Below, one piece after another: positions 18,206-26,949 of a stretch of 64,000 nucleotides of DNA. Source of the stretch: a bacterium (GTDB lineage: Bacteria > Hinthialibacterota > Hinthialibacteria > Hinthialibacterales > Hinthialibacteraceae); assembly GCA_963662285.2 (NCBI GenBank), contig CAXXMV010000006.1, positions 1,424,284-1,488,283 of the forward strand, in the 5' to 3' direction. A model generated the notes under the pieces. That model searched no databases. It was not told where the DNA came from and was given only the letters and a program-made list of their open reading frames with translations. Both the position numbers and the translations under genes were made by a program. The first letter of the stretch is position 1, and every line of letters begins with the position of its first letter.

Positions 18206-18336
18206 GGGCGCCAAGGGCAAGACCGCAAAGCGGTCAGCCCTTGATGCGATAACCTACGTTTCCCAGTATTCCTCTCCCAAGATTGGGAGAGGCCAGGAGA
18301 GGGTTGATAACAACCACCCGAATGAAAAAATCCACC
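18206..18336 (+). repeat. Mosaic intergenic element copy E2
   Basis: The sequence is gggcgccaagggcaagaccgcaaagcggtcagcccttgatgcgataacc ... cctctcccaagattgggagagg ccaggagagggttgataacaaccaccc gaatgaaaaaatccacc. Confidence 0.85.
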
Positions 18337-18425
18337 ACAAAAAGTGAGCAAAGAGCCTAATCCTCTATTGCTGACAAATCCAGTATGTTACAATCAACCT
18401 AATCCTATACATCAGGTTAAATATT

Positions 18426-20996
18426 ATGACGCCCGAAGAAAAAGCGCTTAAGAAAATCAAAGCAGCCAAACGAACCGGCGCCGATTATCTCGATCTTTCA
18501 AATATGGGTTTAACCTCGCTGCCGCCGGAGGTGTGTGGACTCACCAACCTGTCTAGACTAGATTTGGATAATAACCAACTAAGCGTGCTGCCGCCGGAGG
18601 TGTGTGGACTCACCAACCTGACGACACTCTGGCTGAATAATAACCAACTAAGCGTGCTGCCGCCGAAGGTGTGTGGACTCACCAACCTGACGAAACTCTG
18701 GCTGAATAATAACCAACTAAGCGTGCTGCCGCCGGAGGTGTGTGGACTCACAAACCTGACGGAACTGTATCTAAGTTATAACCAACTAACCTCGCTGCCG
18801 CCGGAGGTGTGTGGACTCACCAACCTGTCTAGTCTAGATTTGGATAATAACCAACTAAGCGTGCTGCCGCCGGAGGTGTGTGGACTCTCCAATCTGACGA
18901 GACTGTATCTAAGTGATAACCAACTAAGCGTGCTGCCGCCGGAGGTAGGTCAACTCGCCAATCTCACTTCACTCGATCTACGTAGCAACCAACTAATCGT
19001 GCTGCCGCCGGAGGTAGTTCAACTCACAAAATTAGAATATCTCTTTCTTGTTGGAAATAAATTACCCATACCACCTGAGATTCTCAATTATTCTCATAAT
19101 CCATCAAAAATCCTAAATTACTATTTTGAGCATATTAAAACCGAAGCGCCTAAACGGGCGCTTAATGAAGCCAAGGTGCTGTTCGTTGGCCAGGGAGATG
19201 TGGGTAAAACATCGTTGATCAAGATGCTGCTGACAGGTAAATACGATAAGAACGAGAACAAGACGGAAGGGATCGACATTCATAAGTGGGATGTGAAGAT
19301 AAAAGGCGATAAGGTGCGTCTTAACCTCTGGGATTTCGGCGGGCAGGAGATTATGCATTCCACCCATAAATTTTTCCTCACCAAACGCAGCGTATATGTT
19401 CTGGTGCTCGATTCGCGCAGGGACGATCGCGCTAACCGTTTATCCTATTGGCTGAGGCTGATCGAAAGTTTTGCCAGCGATTCTCCGGTAATCGTAGTTT
19501 GCAACCAGTGCGATGAGGATCAACTCAACCTCGATTGGCGCAACCTGCATGCTAAATTCCCGAATATCCGCCATTTCGTCAAACGCGCATCCTGCGAGAC
19601 GCCCGAGGGGATAGATGATCTAAAAGAGGCCATTCGTGAACAGGCTGCTAAACTTGATCACCTCAAAGATGTCCTGTTAGAAAGCGAGTTTGCTGTTAAA
19701 GATGAACTTGAAAATATGGAGGAACCTTTCGTCTCGTATGACGACTATCTGGAAATGTGTAAGCGACATGGTTTGACCAATGAACAGAGCCAAAACACCC
19801 TGCTTGAGTTTCTGCACGACCTGGGAATTGTGTTGCATTACAGCGATGCGCCTCACCTGGAATTTACCAATGTCCTGAAACCTGAATGGGTGACTGAGGG
19901 AGTTTATAAAATCCTCAATGCAAATGAATTTAAAAACACCAATGGCGTGGTGGAAACGGATAAACTATCCCTCGTTCTTGACCATAAAGCCTATCCCAAA
20001 GATAAGCGCATGTTCGTATTAGAGATGATGGTGAAATTCGAATTGTGTCATGAGTTTGAAGGTTCGCGTCACTCAAAATTCCTTGTACCGGATTTACTGC
20101 ATACCGAAGCACTTGATACCGGCGACTGGTCGGATGCGCTGGCTTTCCAATACCACTACGAGGTGCTCCCTCAAAGCATCATGACCCGCTTTATCGTACG
20201 CATGTTTCCGTATATGTCTGATAGCGTCTGCTGGTTGAAAGGGGTCATGCTTGAATCGGAAGACGGCAGGAATCAGGCGTTGATTAAATCAGATTTAGAC
20301 GATGCCAAAATCTTCATTAAAGTGCGGGGCCAAGAGGGAACCCGCCGCGACCTGCTGCAAATCATCCGCGCCGAATTCAGGTTGATACATGAGACATTTT
20401 CCAAACTAAGGCCAAAGGAAATGGTTCCAATCCCTGATACAGAAGCAGTGTATCCATACAAAAGTTTATTGAAATTGAAAGAAAATGTGATTGATAAATA
20501 CTATCTTCCGGAAGCTGATTGTATTATCTATCCTAATCAATTATTGGATATAGTCGAAACGCCAAAATGGCGTGAAGATCATAAAAAAATGAATTCATCT
20601 GAATCAGATGGATCAATTAATTTAAAAATTGATATTAATCAGGGAGATAAGAGAATGGAAAAATACAAGATTAATAATGAAGGCGGCGCGGTTAATATTA
20701 AGGGAACACAGAACGTTGGTTCTATCAATTTCGTTAAATCGGTTGAACAATCCACTTTAAGCGACGACCTGAAAAATGCCTTTACCGCCGCTTATCAGAA
20801 ACTAAAGGAAGGCGGTCTACCGGAAGCATACCAAAAACCTGTTGAAGACGACCTAAATACAATCAAGACGGAGATGGAAAAAGAAACTCCTGATCAAGGG
20901 GTGGTCAAAACAATATGGAATAGAATCCAACAGGTAGCTCCATCCGTAGCAACAGCGCTTGGTATGGCGGCGGCGTTAAAATCATTGTTGGTCTAA
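18426..20996 (+). CDS. Bacterial ROCO protein: leucine-rich repeats, Roc (Ras-of-complex) GTPase and COR domain, with an uncharacterised ~150-aa C-terminal tail
   Basis: There are eight 23-aa LRRs (LPPEVCGLTNLxxLxLxNNQLSV). The Roc P-loop is VGQGDVGKTS, G3 is DFGGQE and G4 is NQCD. The COR-like segment includes LLEFLHDLGIVLHY ... KFLVPDLL. Confidence 0.85.
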   Translation: MTPEEKALKKIKAAKRTGADYLDLSNMGLTSLPPEVCGLTNLSRLDLDNNQLSVLPPEVCGLTNLTTLWLNNNQLSVLPPKVCGLTNLTKLWLNNNQLSVLPPEVCGLTNLTELYLSYNQLTSLPPEVCGLTNLSSLDLDNNQLSVLPPEVCGLSNLTRLYLSDNQLSVLPPEVGQLANLTSLDLRSNQLIVLPPEVVQLTKLEYLFLVGNKLPIPPEILNYSHNPSKILNYYFEHIKTEAPKRALNEAKVLFVGQGDVGKTSLIKMLLTGKYDKNENKTEGIDIHKWDVKIKGDKVRLNLWDFGGQEIMHSTHKFFLTKRSVYVLVLDSRRDDRANRLSYWLRLIESFASDSPVIVVCNQCDEDQLNLDWRNLHAKFPNIRHFVKRASCETPEGIDDLKEAIREQAAKLDHLKDVLLESEFAVKDELENMEEPFVSYDDYLEMCKRHGLTNEQSQNTLLEFLHDLGIVLHYSDAPHLEFTNVLKPEWVTEGVYKILNANEFKNTNGVVETDKLSLVLDHKAYPKDKRMFVLEMMVKFELCHEFEGSRHSKFLVPDLLHTEALDTGDWSDALAFQYHYEVLPQSIMTRFIVRMFPYMSDSVCWLKGVMLESEDGRNQALIKSDLDDAKIFIKVRGQEGTRRDLLQIIRAEFRLIHETFSKLRPKEMVPIPDTEAVYPYKSLLKLKENVIDKYYLPEADCIIYPNQLLDIVETPKWREDHKKMNSSESDGSINLKIDINQGDKRMEKYKINNEGGAVNIKGTQNVGSINFVKSVEQSTLSDDLKNAFTAAYQKLKEGGLPEAYQKPVEDDLNTIKTEMEKETPDQGVVKTIWNRIQQVAPSVATALGMAAALKSLLV
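18519..19070 (+). repeat. 69-bp tandem DNA repeats encoding the LRR units (8 copies, several nearly identical)
   Basis: The word ctgccgccggaggt recurs at 18519, 18588, 18726, 18795, 18864, 18933 and 19002, which is exact 69-bp phasing. The in-phase 18657 copy reads ctgccgccgaaggt (one mismatch, Glu->Lys). Confidence 0.9.
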
Positions 20997-21007
20997 AATG
21001 CAACGAA

Positions 21008-21099
21008 GTAGGGTGGGCTAAAAGCGACAGCGTAGCCCACCATGATACGTAGGTGGCTCCGGTGGGCTACGCCGCTTTGCGGCTTTTAGCCCACCCTAC
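21008..21099. repeat. Two inverted C-type hairpin repeats between convergent genes
   Basis: The first unit is gtagg-gtgggcta-aaagcgacagcg-tagcccacc (21008-21041). The second is ggtgggcta-cgccgctttgcggctttt-agcccacc-ctac (21061-21099). They lie between the ROCO stop (20996) and the stop at 21132. Confidence 0.85.
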
Positions 21100-21131
21100 G
21101 GGATTTTTTTTAATCCACAACAGGATGTCTT

Positions 21132-22166
21132 TTATCCCAACAGCTCTTGCAGCATTTTCTTGCCATAGCGCAGCGTTTTTTGCATGTCGGGGACGCCGTC
21201 TTGCTCGAAGGTCAGGTAGCCGGTGTATTCTATGTCGCGCAGAGTTTTGACTACTGCTTTGAAATCCATTACTCCTTCGCCGATCCCTACGAAGACAAGA
21301 CCTTCGCTGTCGATATCGCGGATGTGGGCGTTCATCAGATGATCCTTAACCTTGAGAATGGCCATCGGTGGATATTCGCGCTGCAACTGAATCCAACCGA
21401 TATCCAGATTCATGCCTAAGCGTGGGTCTTTGATGTGATCCCACAGCCGCAGGAAAGCGGTTGAATCGTGTACTAAGGTGTGGGTGTGGTTTTCGATGGT
21501 GAAGCGCAGGCCGTGGTGGGCGGCGCGTTCGACGCAGCCCTTCATGGTATGCACGAAGGTATCCCACACTTGGTCGTAATCGAATCCCTCTGCGATATCT
21601 ATGTGGAACTTCTTACCGGCGCCTGATTCAGCGAAATAGCGCGGCAAGTAGGCGTGCGGTCCGGTCATCTCGCGGGGCCAGGGCGACACGATGTTGATGA
21701 AAGGCGCATTCAGGGTGCGCCCGATTTTGCAGCCCTCCTCGAACACATCCAGGCTGCGGTTGCGGTCGTCGGAGTTGAGACTGGAGAGGTTTTCCACGGC
21801 GGATTGAAAGAGCACAAACTGCGAAACGGCCAGGTTGTGCGAATCAAGTTTCTTCTTCATGTTGGGGATGGTGGAAGGCTGGAGCCAATAGTCTTTGAGA
21901 TCGACTGCTTCTCCGATGATCAACTCGATGGCGTCGAATCCCAGCCCGGCGGTCTGGTCTATCGCCTTATCAAAGGGATAGCCTTTGATGATGCCGCCGT
22001 AGTTCCAACACACGTTGCCCAGTTTGATCTGACCGGGCTTAAAACCGGGGGGGATGAATCTCTTAGGCTTTGCGGCGGCGCCCAATGCGGGAACGGCGCT
22101 GACAGCGGATGCCAGGGCGGCGCTTTGGAGGAATTGTCTACGGTTGGCAGTGGAAGTCGATTTCAT
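21132..22166 (-). CDS. Sugar phosphate isomerase/epimerase (xylose isomerase-like TIM barrel) with a Tat signal
   Basis: The Tat signal is NRRQFLQSAALASAVSAVPALGAAA. The TIM-barrel region is FDAIELI...RFTIENHTHTLV...NLDIGW. Confidence 0.8.
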   Translation of the reverse strand: MKSTSTANRRQFLQSAALASAVSAVPALGAAAKPKRFIPPGFKPGQIKLGNVCWNYGGIIKGYPFDKAIDQTAGLGFDAIELIIGEAVDLKDYWLQPSTIPNMKKKLDSHNLAVSQFVLFQSAVENLSSLNSDDRNRSLDVFEEGCKIGRTLNAPFINIVSPWPREMTGPHAYLPRYFAESGAGKKFHIDIAEGFDYDQVWDTFVHTMKGCVERAAHHGLRFTIENHTHTLVHDSTAFLRLWDHIKDPRLGMNLDIGWIQLQREYPPMAILKVKDHLMNAHIRDIDSEGLVFVGIGEGVMDFKAVVKTLRDIEYTGYLTFEQDGVPDMQKTLRYGKKMLQELLG

Positions 22167-22281
22167 GATTTCTACTCCTTGAAGTGTATCCTTTTGTATG
22201 CAGAATTACTAAACACTACATAAAATACTCGATATTGAAAATCAAAAAGGGCATACAATTTGTTATAATAAGTGGCTTAAT

Positions 22282-22314
22282 CAAGGGCTGACCGCAATGC
22301 GGTCTTGCCCTTGG
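22282..22314 (-). repeat. Solo A-type hairpin repeat
   Basis: The sequence is caagggctgaccgcaatgcggtcttgcccttgg. Confidence 0.8.
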
Positions 22315-22381
22315 CACCCATCTAATGTCGTGTGGGTTTTGTTGTTTTAATATATAACCTAATGTATACATCATACAGTAA

Positions 22382-23386
22382 TTATGCAACGCCAATCCCA
22401 GAGCCATCAGGCATAACGATCACGCCCCGGTCGAGCCGCATTCCCTGGAACGGGTCGTTGCTAAGCAGGGCGGCGCCGTCCAGATCAATGTAATCAACCA
22501 GCGGCGCCAGATGCGCGGCGGCGGTTACGCCCAGGGAACTTTCTATCATACAGCCCAGCATGATGCGCAGGTTGTTGGTTCTGGCTATGTCGATCATCTG
22601 ACGGGCGCGGCGCAGCCCGCCGCATTTAGCCAGCTTGATGTTGATGCCGTCAGCTAAGCCGATCCACTTGGTTATATCCTCGGGGCCGTGGACGCTTTCA
22701 TCCACGATAATGGGGATTCCGGTATGGTTGGCTTGCATGATGCGGCGGTAGCCGTCGTGATCGGCGCCGGGCAGGGGCTGTTCGATCAAGCGCACATTGC
22801 ATTGCTGCATGATGGGAAGGTATTCCAGAGTCTGTTCGGCGCTCCATCCCTCGTTGGCGTCGATGTAGAGCGGCTTGCCGGTTTTCCCGGCGATGGATTG
22901 CAGCGTTTCGAGGTCTTGGCGCCCGCCCACTTTGATCTTGAGAATGGGATAAGGCGCCGCGCGTTCGACTTTCTGCATAACCACATCCAACTGATCCATG
23001 CCGATAGTGAATGAAGAGATCAAACCGCTGAGTTGGGGGATATGCCACATTTGATCCAGAGACGCGTCTTGCTTCTTACCCAGTGCGTCATGCATAGCCA
23101 GATCGATGGCCTGCCAGAGTCCAGTCTCGCCGGGGAATTGCTGGATCAGTTCATCGAGTATGGCATCCACCGGACGCTCTAAGTCGGGTTGTTGAACCAC
23201 CCACTCGTGCGCCAGTTGAGCCATGCGCTCAACCGTCTGCCCGCGGTAGTAGATGGGCGCCCCTTCTCCCAGACCATCGCCGATGCGGATGAACAGGTTG
23301 CTCACCGTGCGCCGCATGCCGCGCGCGATGCCGAATGGATCGCGCAGCTGAAGTTCACGGATGTCTATTTCGATAGGTGGATTCAT
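22382..23386 (-). CDS. Dipeptide epimerase (L-Ala-D/L-Glu epimerase type; enolase superfamily, MR/MLE family)
   Basis: The motifs are ILKIKVGG, YIDANEGW, LIEQPL, IIVDESV and NIKLAKCGGL...MLGCMIESSLG. Confidence 0.82.
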   Translation of the reverse strand: MNPPIEIDIRELQLRDPFGIARGMRRTVSNLFIRIGDGLGEGAPIYYRGQTVERMAQLAHEWVVQQPDLERPVDAILDELIQQFPGETGLWQAIDLAMHDALGKKQDASLDQMWHIPQLSGLISSFTIGMDQLDVVMQKVERAAPYPILKIKVGGRQDLETLQSIAGKTGKPLYIDANEGWSAEQTLEYLPIMQQCNVRLIEQPLPGADHDGYRRIMQANHTGIPIIVDESVHGPEDITKWIGLADGINIKLAKCGGLRRARQMIDIARTNNLRIMLGCMIESSLGVTAAAHLAPLVDYIDLDGAALLSNDPFQGMRLDRGVIVMPDGSGIGVA

Positions 23387-23480
23387 AAGGTATTACTCAT
23401 GATATTAAAACGGAGCGTAGATTGTTCTACGCTCCGTTGATTTGCATGTTGTTGGTGGAGTGGTTTTGAGTGGGTGATTC

Positions 23481-23570
23481 GTGGTGGGCTACGCTACGCT
23501 TTTAGCCCACCCTACTTGCTATTGCATGAGTGGTTTTGATGGGACACGTTTGCGCTTTGTCCCATCCTAC
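23481..23570 (-). repeat. Two tandem C-type hairpins (canonical stem and variant stem)
   Basis: The first is gtggtgggctacgctacgcttttagcccaccctac (23481-23515). The second is gatgggacacgtttgcgctttgtcccatcctac (23538-23570). Confidence 0.85.
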
Positions 23571-23605
23571 CTTTTTACTACATACCACACACTATCCACT
23601 GCACA

Positions 23606-24541
23606 CTATTTCACTGCCTTAAAGAATTCTGCGGCTGATCCGGCGATTCCTTCGGCGTCCAGTTTGTATTCTTTGTACATATCTTCGGGGCTGCCGGATT
23701 GACCGAATTGATCCAGAACTCCCCAGCGTTTAACTGGTACGGGGAATTTCTCTGACGTCACTTCGCAAACCGCTGAACCCAGGCCGCCAATGATGCTGTG
23801 ATCTTCGACGGTGAACAGGCATCCTGTTTCCTTGGCGCATTTTACGATCAATTCTTCATCAATGGGCTTGATGGAATGGATGTTGACGATGCGAGCATCA
23901 ATCTTCTTGGCGGCCAGCAGCTCTTTGGCTTTGAGCGCATGTTGTACGGTTCCACCGGAAGCGATGATGGTCATATCAGCGCCGGGCGCCAGTTCAGCGC
24001 CTTTACCTAATTGGAATTTATAACCCTCGCCATTGACGTCGGGTAGTTTCTGACGGGTTAGACGCAGGTAAACCGGGCCGTCGTGTTGCGCGGCGAAGGC
24101 TACGGCTTGTTTGGTTTCCACTTCGTCAGCTGGTTGAATGACGACCATACCGGGGATAGAGCGCATCAGGCCGATGTCTTCCAGACCCATTTGGCTGTGG
24201 CCGTCTTCTCCGATGCCGATTCCGGCGTGGGTGCCGACGATTTTGACATTGGCTTTGGCGTATCCAACCGAGATGCGGATAGTATCGAAGCGTCCCGTGA
24301 TGAAGCAGGCGAAACTGCATACAAAGGGGACTTTGCCCGATAGAGCCATTCCGGCGCCGGCGCCGATCATGTTGGCTTCAGCGATTCCAAACTCAAAAAA
24401 GCGCTCGGGGTATTTATCGGCGAAGAGGCAGGTCATGGTGGATTTGCTTAAATCAGCATCCAGAACCACAACATTAGGATTGCTCCGCCCGATATCCACC
24501 AAGGCTTCTCCAAAGGCGAGACGAGTTGCTTTTGTAGACAT
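23606..24541 (-). CDS. Transketolase, C-terminal (pyrimidine-binding) subunit of a split transketolase
   Basis: The protein has FGIAEANMIGAGAGMA, GTHAGIGIGEDGHSQ and the C-terminal transketolase fold. It sits directly downstream of the N-terminal subunit gene. Confidence 0.9.
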   Translation of the reverse strand: MSTKATRLAFGEALVDIGRSNPNVVVLDADLSKSTMTCLFADKYPERFFEFGIAEANMIGAGAGMALSGKVPFVCSFACFITGRFDTIRISVGYAKANVKIVGTHAGIGIGEDGHSQMGLEDIGLMRSIPGMVVIQPADEVETKQAVAFAAQHDGPVYLRLTRQKLPDVNGEGYKFQLGKGAELAPGADMTIIASGGTVQHALKAKELLAAKKIDARIVNIHSIKPIDEELIVKCAKETGCLFTVEDHSIIGGLGSAVCEVTSEKFPVPVKRWGVLDQFGQSGSPEDMYKEYKLDAEGIAGSAAEFFKAVK

Positions 24542-24639
24542 ATTATCCTTCCATATCTATAGGAAAATTCTATTAATTTCAGTGTTACCCCGGTATGTCT
24601 GGTTACTCTGGTAGAACCGGGTTTGATCCAGATCAGGAA

Positions 24640-25473
24640 TTATACTTGAGCCAGTTCCTTGAGCGCCTGCTCGGTCTCTTCAGGATTGGGAGTCTTGCCA
24701 TGCCAGCCGACCTGGTTTTCCATGAACGAAACGCCTTTGCCTTTGACGGTTTTAGCCCATATAAGAGTGGGGCGGTCTTTGGTGGCCTGGGCTTCGTCGA
24801 GCGCTTTGATAACCTGTTCCATGTCATGGCCGTTGATGGCGATGACGTGCCAGTTGAATGAGCGCCATTTGGCGTCGATGGGCGTTAATGACATTACGTC
24901 TTCGACATAACCGTCGATCTGGGCGTTGTTGTTATCCAGGATAAGCGTCAGGTTGTTGAGTTTGAATTTGCTGGCGGCCATAACCGCTTCCCAGATTTGG
25001 CCTTCCTGTGATTCGCCGTCGCCGATCATGCAATATACGCGCCAGGCTTTTTTGTCCATTTTGGCGGTCATAGCCATGCCCAGAGCGATGGAGAGTCCTT
25101 GTCCCAATGATCCGGTCGAGGCTTCCATAGCGTTGCAGCGAACGCGGTCGGGGTGTCCCTGGAGGAATGATCCGAATTTGCGCAGATTGATGAGTTCTTT
25201 TTCATCAAAATAACCCGCCTGAGCCAGGGCGGAGTACCATGCCGGGACGCAGTGTCCCTTGGACATGATGAAACGGTCGCGTTCTTCCCATTGGGGATTG
25301 GCCGGATCGTGTTTCATTACTCCGAATAGAAGCGCCGCCGTGATATCCGCGGCGGATAATGAACCACCCGGATGTCCCGAACCGGCTTCAGCCAGCATCC
25401 TGATGCTATTCATGCGAATATTTCGCGCGTGTGATTTGAGCGTACTTATGTCTCTAGTGAGTTCAAAAGCCAT
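24640..25473 (-). CDS. Transketolase, N-terminal (thiamine diphosphate-binding) subunit
   Basis: The motifs are GSGHPGGSLS, SKGH, GSLGQGLS and GDGESQEGQIWEA. Confidence 0.9.
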   Translation of the reverse strand: MAFELTRDISTLKSHARNIRMNSIRMLAEAGSGHPGGSLSAADITAALLFGVMKHDPANPQWEERDRFIMSKGHCVPAWYSALAQAGYFDEKELINLRKFGSFLQGHPDRVRCNAMEASTGSLGQGLSIALGMAMTAKMDKKAWRVYCMIGDGESQEGQIWEAVMAASKFKLNNLTLILDNNNAQIDGYVEDVMSLTPIDAKWRSFNWHVIAINGHDMEQVIKALDEAQATKDRPTLIWAKTVKGKGVSFMENQVGWHGKTPNPEETEQALKELAQV

Positions 25474-26018
25474 TACTGATCCCTTCAGCCTTCTTCTCCC
25501 GAAAGGGAGGAATATTCATTCATGTAATCAGATTTAATTATGATGATATTGACTGAATGTCAATGCGGCAAGAGTGACGGAGCGATTGAATTAAAAAGTT
25601 GCCTGAAGCGTCAGTTGTGCGGTAGTTTTATTAAGAATCGTTTTTAAGCGTATTTAATAGATTATCGAGATGATGTAAGATAGTGAACGGTGTCTATTTG
25701 ATTGGATAGATATGATATTGTTTGACTTAGGCGCAAAATTTGTTTTATCCCGGAAATGATTGCTTATTGATTGACGCAGAATTAAAAAATGTCTGAATCT
25801 GGATGTCCTTGATAAAAGGATACTCTGGATGGGTGAATCTATAATCTGATGTTATCCAAATACAGGGATTCTGAATAGCCTGAAAATAGGAATAGGGCGA
25901 ATGATGAAAAATCCTGGATATCCTGCTAATCCAGGGTATCTTGATTCAGACAAAAAAAATATCTTTAAAATATATTCAAATGCATGTTGAAACTAAAATT
26001 TATTATAAAGGAAAAACT

Positions 26019-26501
26019 ATGATATTTCATCTGAACGATAAAGAGCAATGGCAACCTGTGGTTGATAAATGGCGTGAAGAGGGCAAAGTTATCGTCACCA
26101 CCAACGGAACTTTCGATATCGTCCATGTAGGACATATCCGGCTGATGACCGAAGCCAAAGCGCAGGGCGATATCCTAATCCTGGGATTAAACAGCGACAA
26201 ATCAGTTAAACAATATAAAAGCGAGAAGCGCCCCATCGTCCCCCAGGAAGAACGGGCCAAGTTGATTGAAGCCTTACGCTGCATCGATATGGTGATCATT
26301 TTCGATGAACCGGAAAGCGCCCGCTTCGTCACCGAGGTCAAACCTGATATTCACGCCAAAGATTCAACCTATGGCTATGACCTGATCGAAGCCCCCATAG
26401 TAGCCGAATACGGCGGCAAGATTTATCTGGTCGAAAAAGACGGACATTCCACTACTAATGTTATTCAGAAAATTATTGATGTTTATAAGGATGAGTTGTA
26501 G
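26019..26501 (+). CDS. Cytidylyl/adenylyltransferase family protein, RfaE domain II-like (D-beta-D-heptose 1-phosphate adenylyltransferase type)
   Basis: The region VVTTNGTFDIVHVGHIRLMTEAKAQGDILILGLNSDKSVKQYKSEKRPI..ERAKLIEALRCIDMVIIFDE carries the nucleotidyltransferase HxGH motif. I prefer the ATG at 26019, which follows AAAGGAAAAA. Confidence 0.8.
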   Translation: MIFHLNDKEQWQPVVDKWREEGKVIVTTNGTFDIVHVGHIRLMTEAKAQGDILILGLNSDKSVKQYKSEKRPIVPQEERAKLIEALRCIDMVIIFDEPESARFVTEVKPDIHAKDSTYGYDLIEAPIVAEYGGKIYLVEKDGHSTTNVIQKIIDVYKDEL

Positions 26502-26547
26502 GTAAGGGATGGACTTAATGCTTTCGCTTGTGATTTTGAGTACTACT

Positions 26548-26574
26548 CAAGGGCTGAAAATATTCTGCCCTTGG
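26548..26574 (-). repeat. Solo A-type hairpin repeat (short-loop class)
   Basis: The sequence is caagggctgaaaatattctgcccttgg. Confidence 0.7.
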
Positions 26575-26696
26575 CGTACGCGCCTATTCATGTAGTAGAT
26601 TGATATAATGCATATTATTGAAGGTTCATCTCAAAAGTGATTTGCAAATTATATATTTGCCCGTAAAATATATAATAGTTGTTCATTCCCGCAGAA

Positions 26697-26939
26697 ATGG
26701 ATAAGACGCTGATGAATGCCCTGGACATTATTACAGCGATAGAAAAACTGCCGCAAGATGAAAAACAGTTAGTCATTGATTTTGCGGTTTCTATCAGAGA
26801 AGCAATGTATCTAGCTGCTGACTATTCCCCGGAAGATGAGGAGATGATCGTTGAAGAAGCCAAACTCTGTAAACAAAGGGTAGATGTAAAAGAACATTCT
26901 TCGGCGGATGACTTGCGTAATTCTCTTGGTTTAACCTAA
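26697..26939 (+). CDS. Putative type II antitoxin (small acidic protein upstream of a RelE-family toxin)
   Basis: The ~80-aa acidic ORF ends 10 nt before the toxin gene on the same strand. No specific family motif was recognised. The ATG at 26697 is preferred over the TTG at 26679. Confidence 0.55.
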   Translation: MDKTLMNALDIITAIEKLPQDEKQLVIDFAVSIREAMYLAADYSPEDEEMIVEEAKLCKQRVDVKEHSSADDLRNSLGLT

Positions 26940-26949
26940 GAGCAATTTA

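Noticed and set aside
14165-18351. ORFs 14165..14440(-), 17462..17644(+) and 18073..18351(-) sharing peptides such as GGCYQPSPGLSQSW.
   Set aside because: The shared peptide is the translation of mosaic-element hairpins B/B'. The ORFs begin and end in repeat or AT-rich spacer DNA and have no coding signal outside the repeats.
18485-18751. Minus-strand ORF with its own internal repeats (SPHTSGGSTLSWLLFSQS...).
   Set aside because: It is the antisense reading of the 69-bp LRR-coding repeats of the ROCO gene. The sense frame has clear LRR/Roc/COR motifs.
21053-23702. ORFs 21053..21250(+) and 23481..23702(+) starting in C-type hairpins (…AHPTGFF…, …LLAHPTCY…).
   Set aside because: They are translations of the hairpin repeats that run antisense into neighbouring genes. 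They are spurious.
23606-25473. The split transketolase as an anomaly or frameshift.
   Set aside because: The two genes are separated by a 98-nt spacer with intact start and stop signals. Two-subunit transketolases are a known, widespread arrangement.
21654-25537. Long antisense ORFs inside GC-rich genes (21654..22223, 22688..23014, 22698..23048, 24138..24614, 24926..25213, 25259..25537).
   Set aside because: These are typical shadow ORFs opposite well-supported genes (TIM-barrel isomerase, dipeptide epimerase, transketolase subunits). They are rich in Arg/Ala/Gly, as expected from GC-rich antisense frames.
25780-25945. A cluster of CTGGAT / GAATC words and a 7-bp hairpin (cctggat-atcctgcta-atccagg) upstream of the rfaE-like gene, as a possible regulator-binding array or riboswitch.
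   Set aside because: The words are short and variably spaced, and I cannot show they exceed chance in AT-rich DNA. No recognisable riboswitch core is present. I noted it only as a weak observation.
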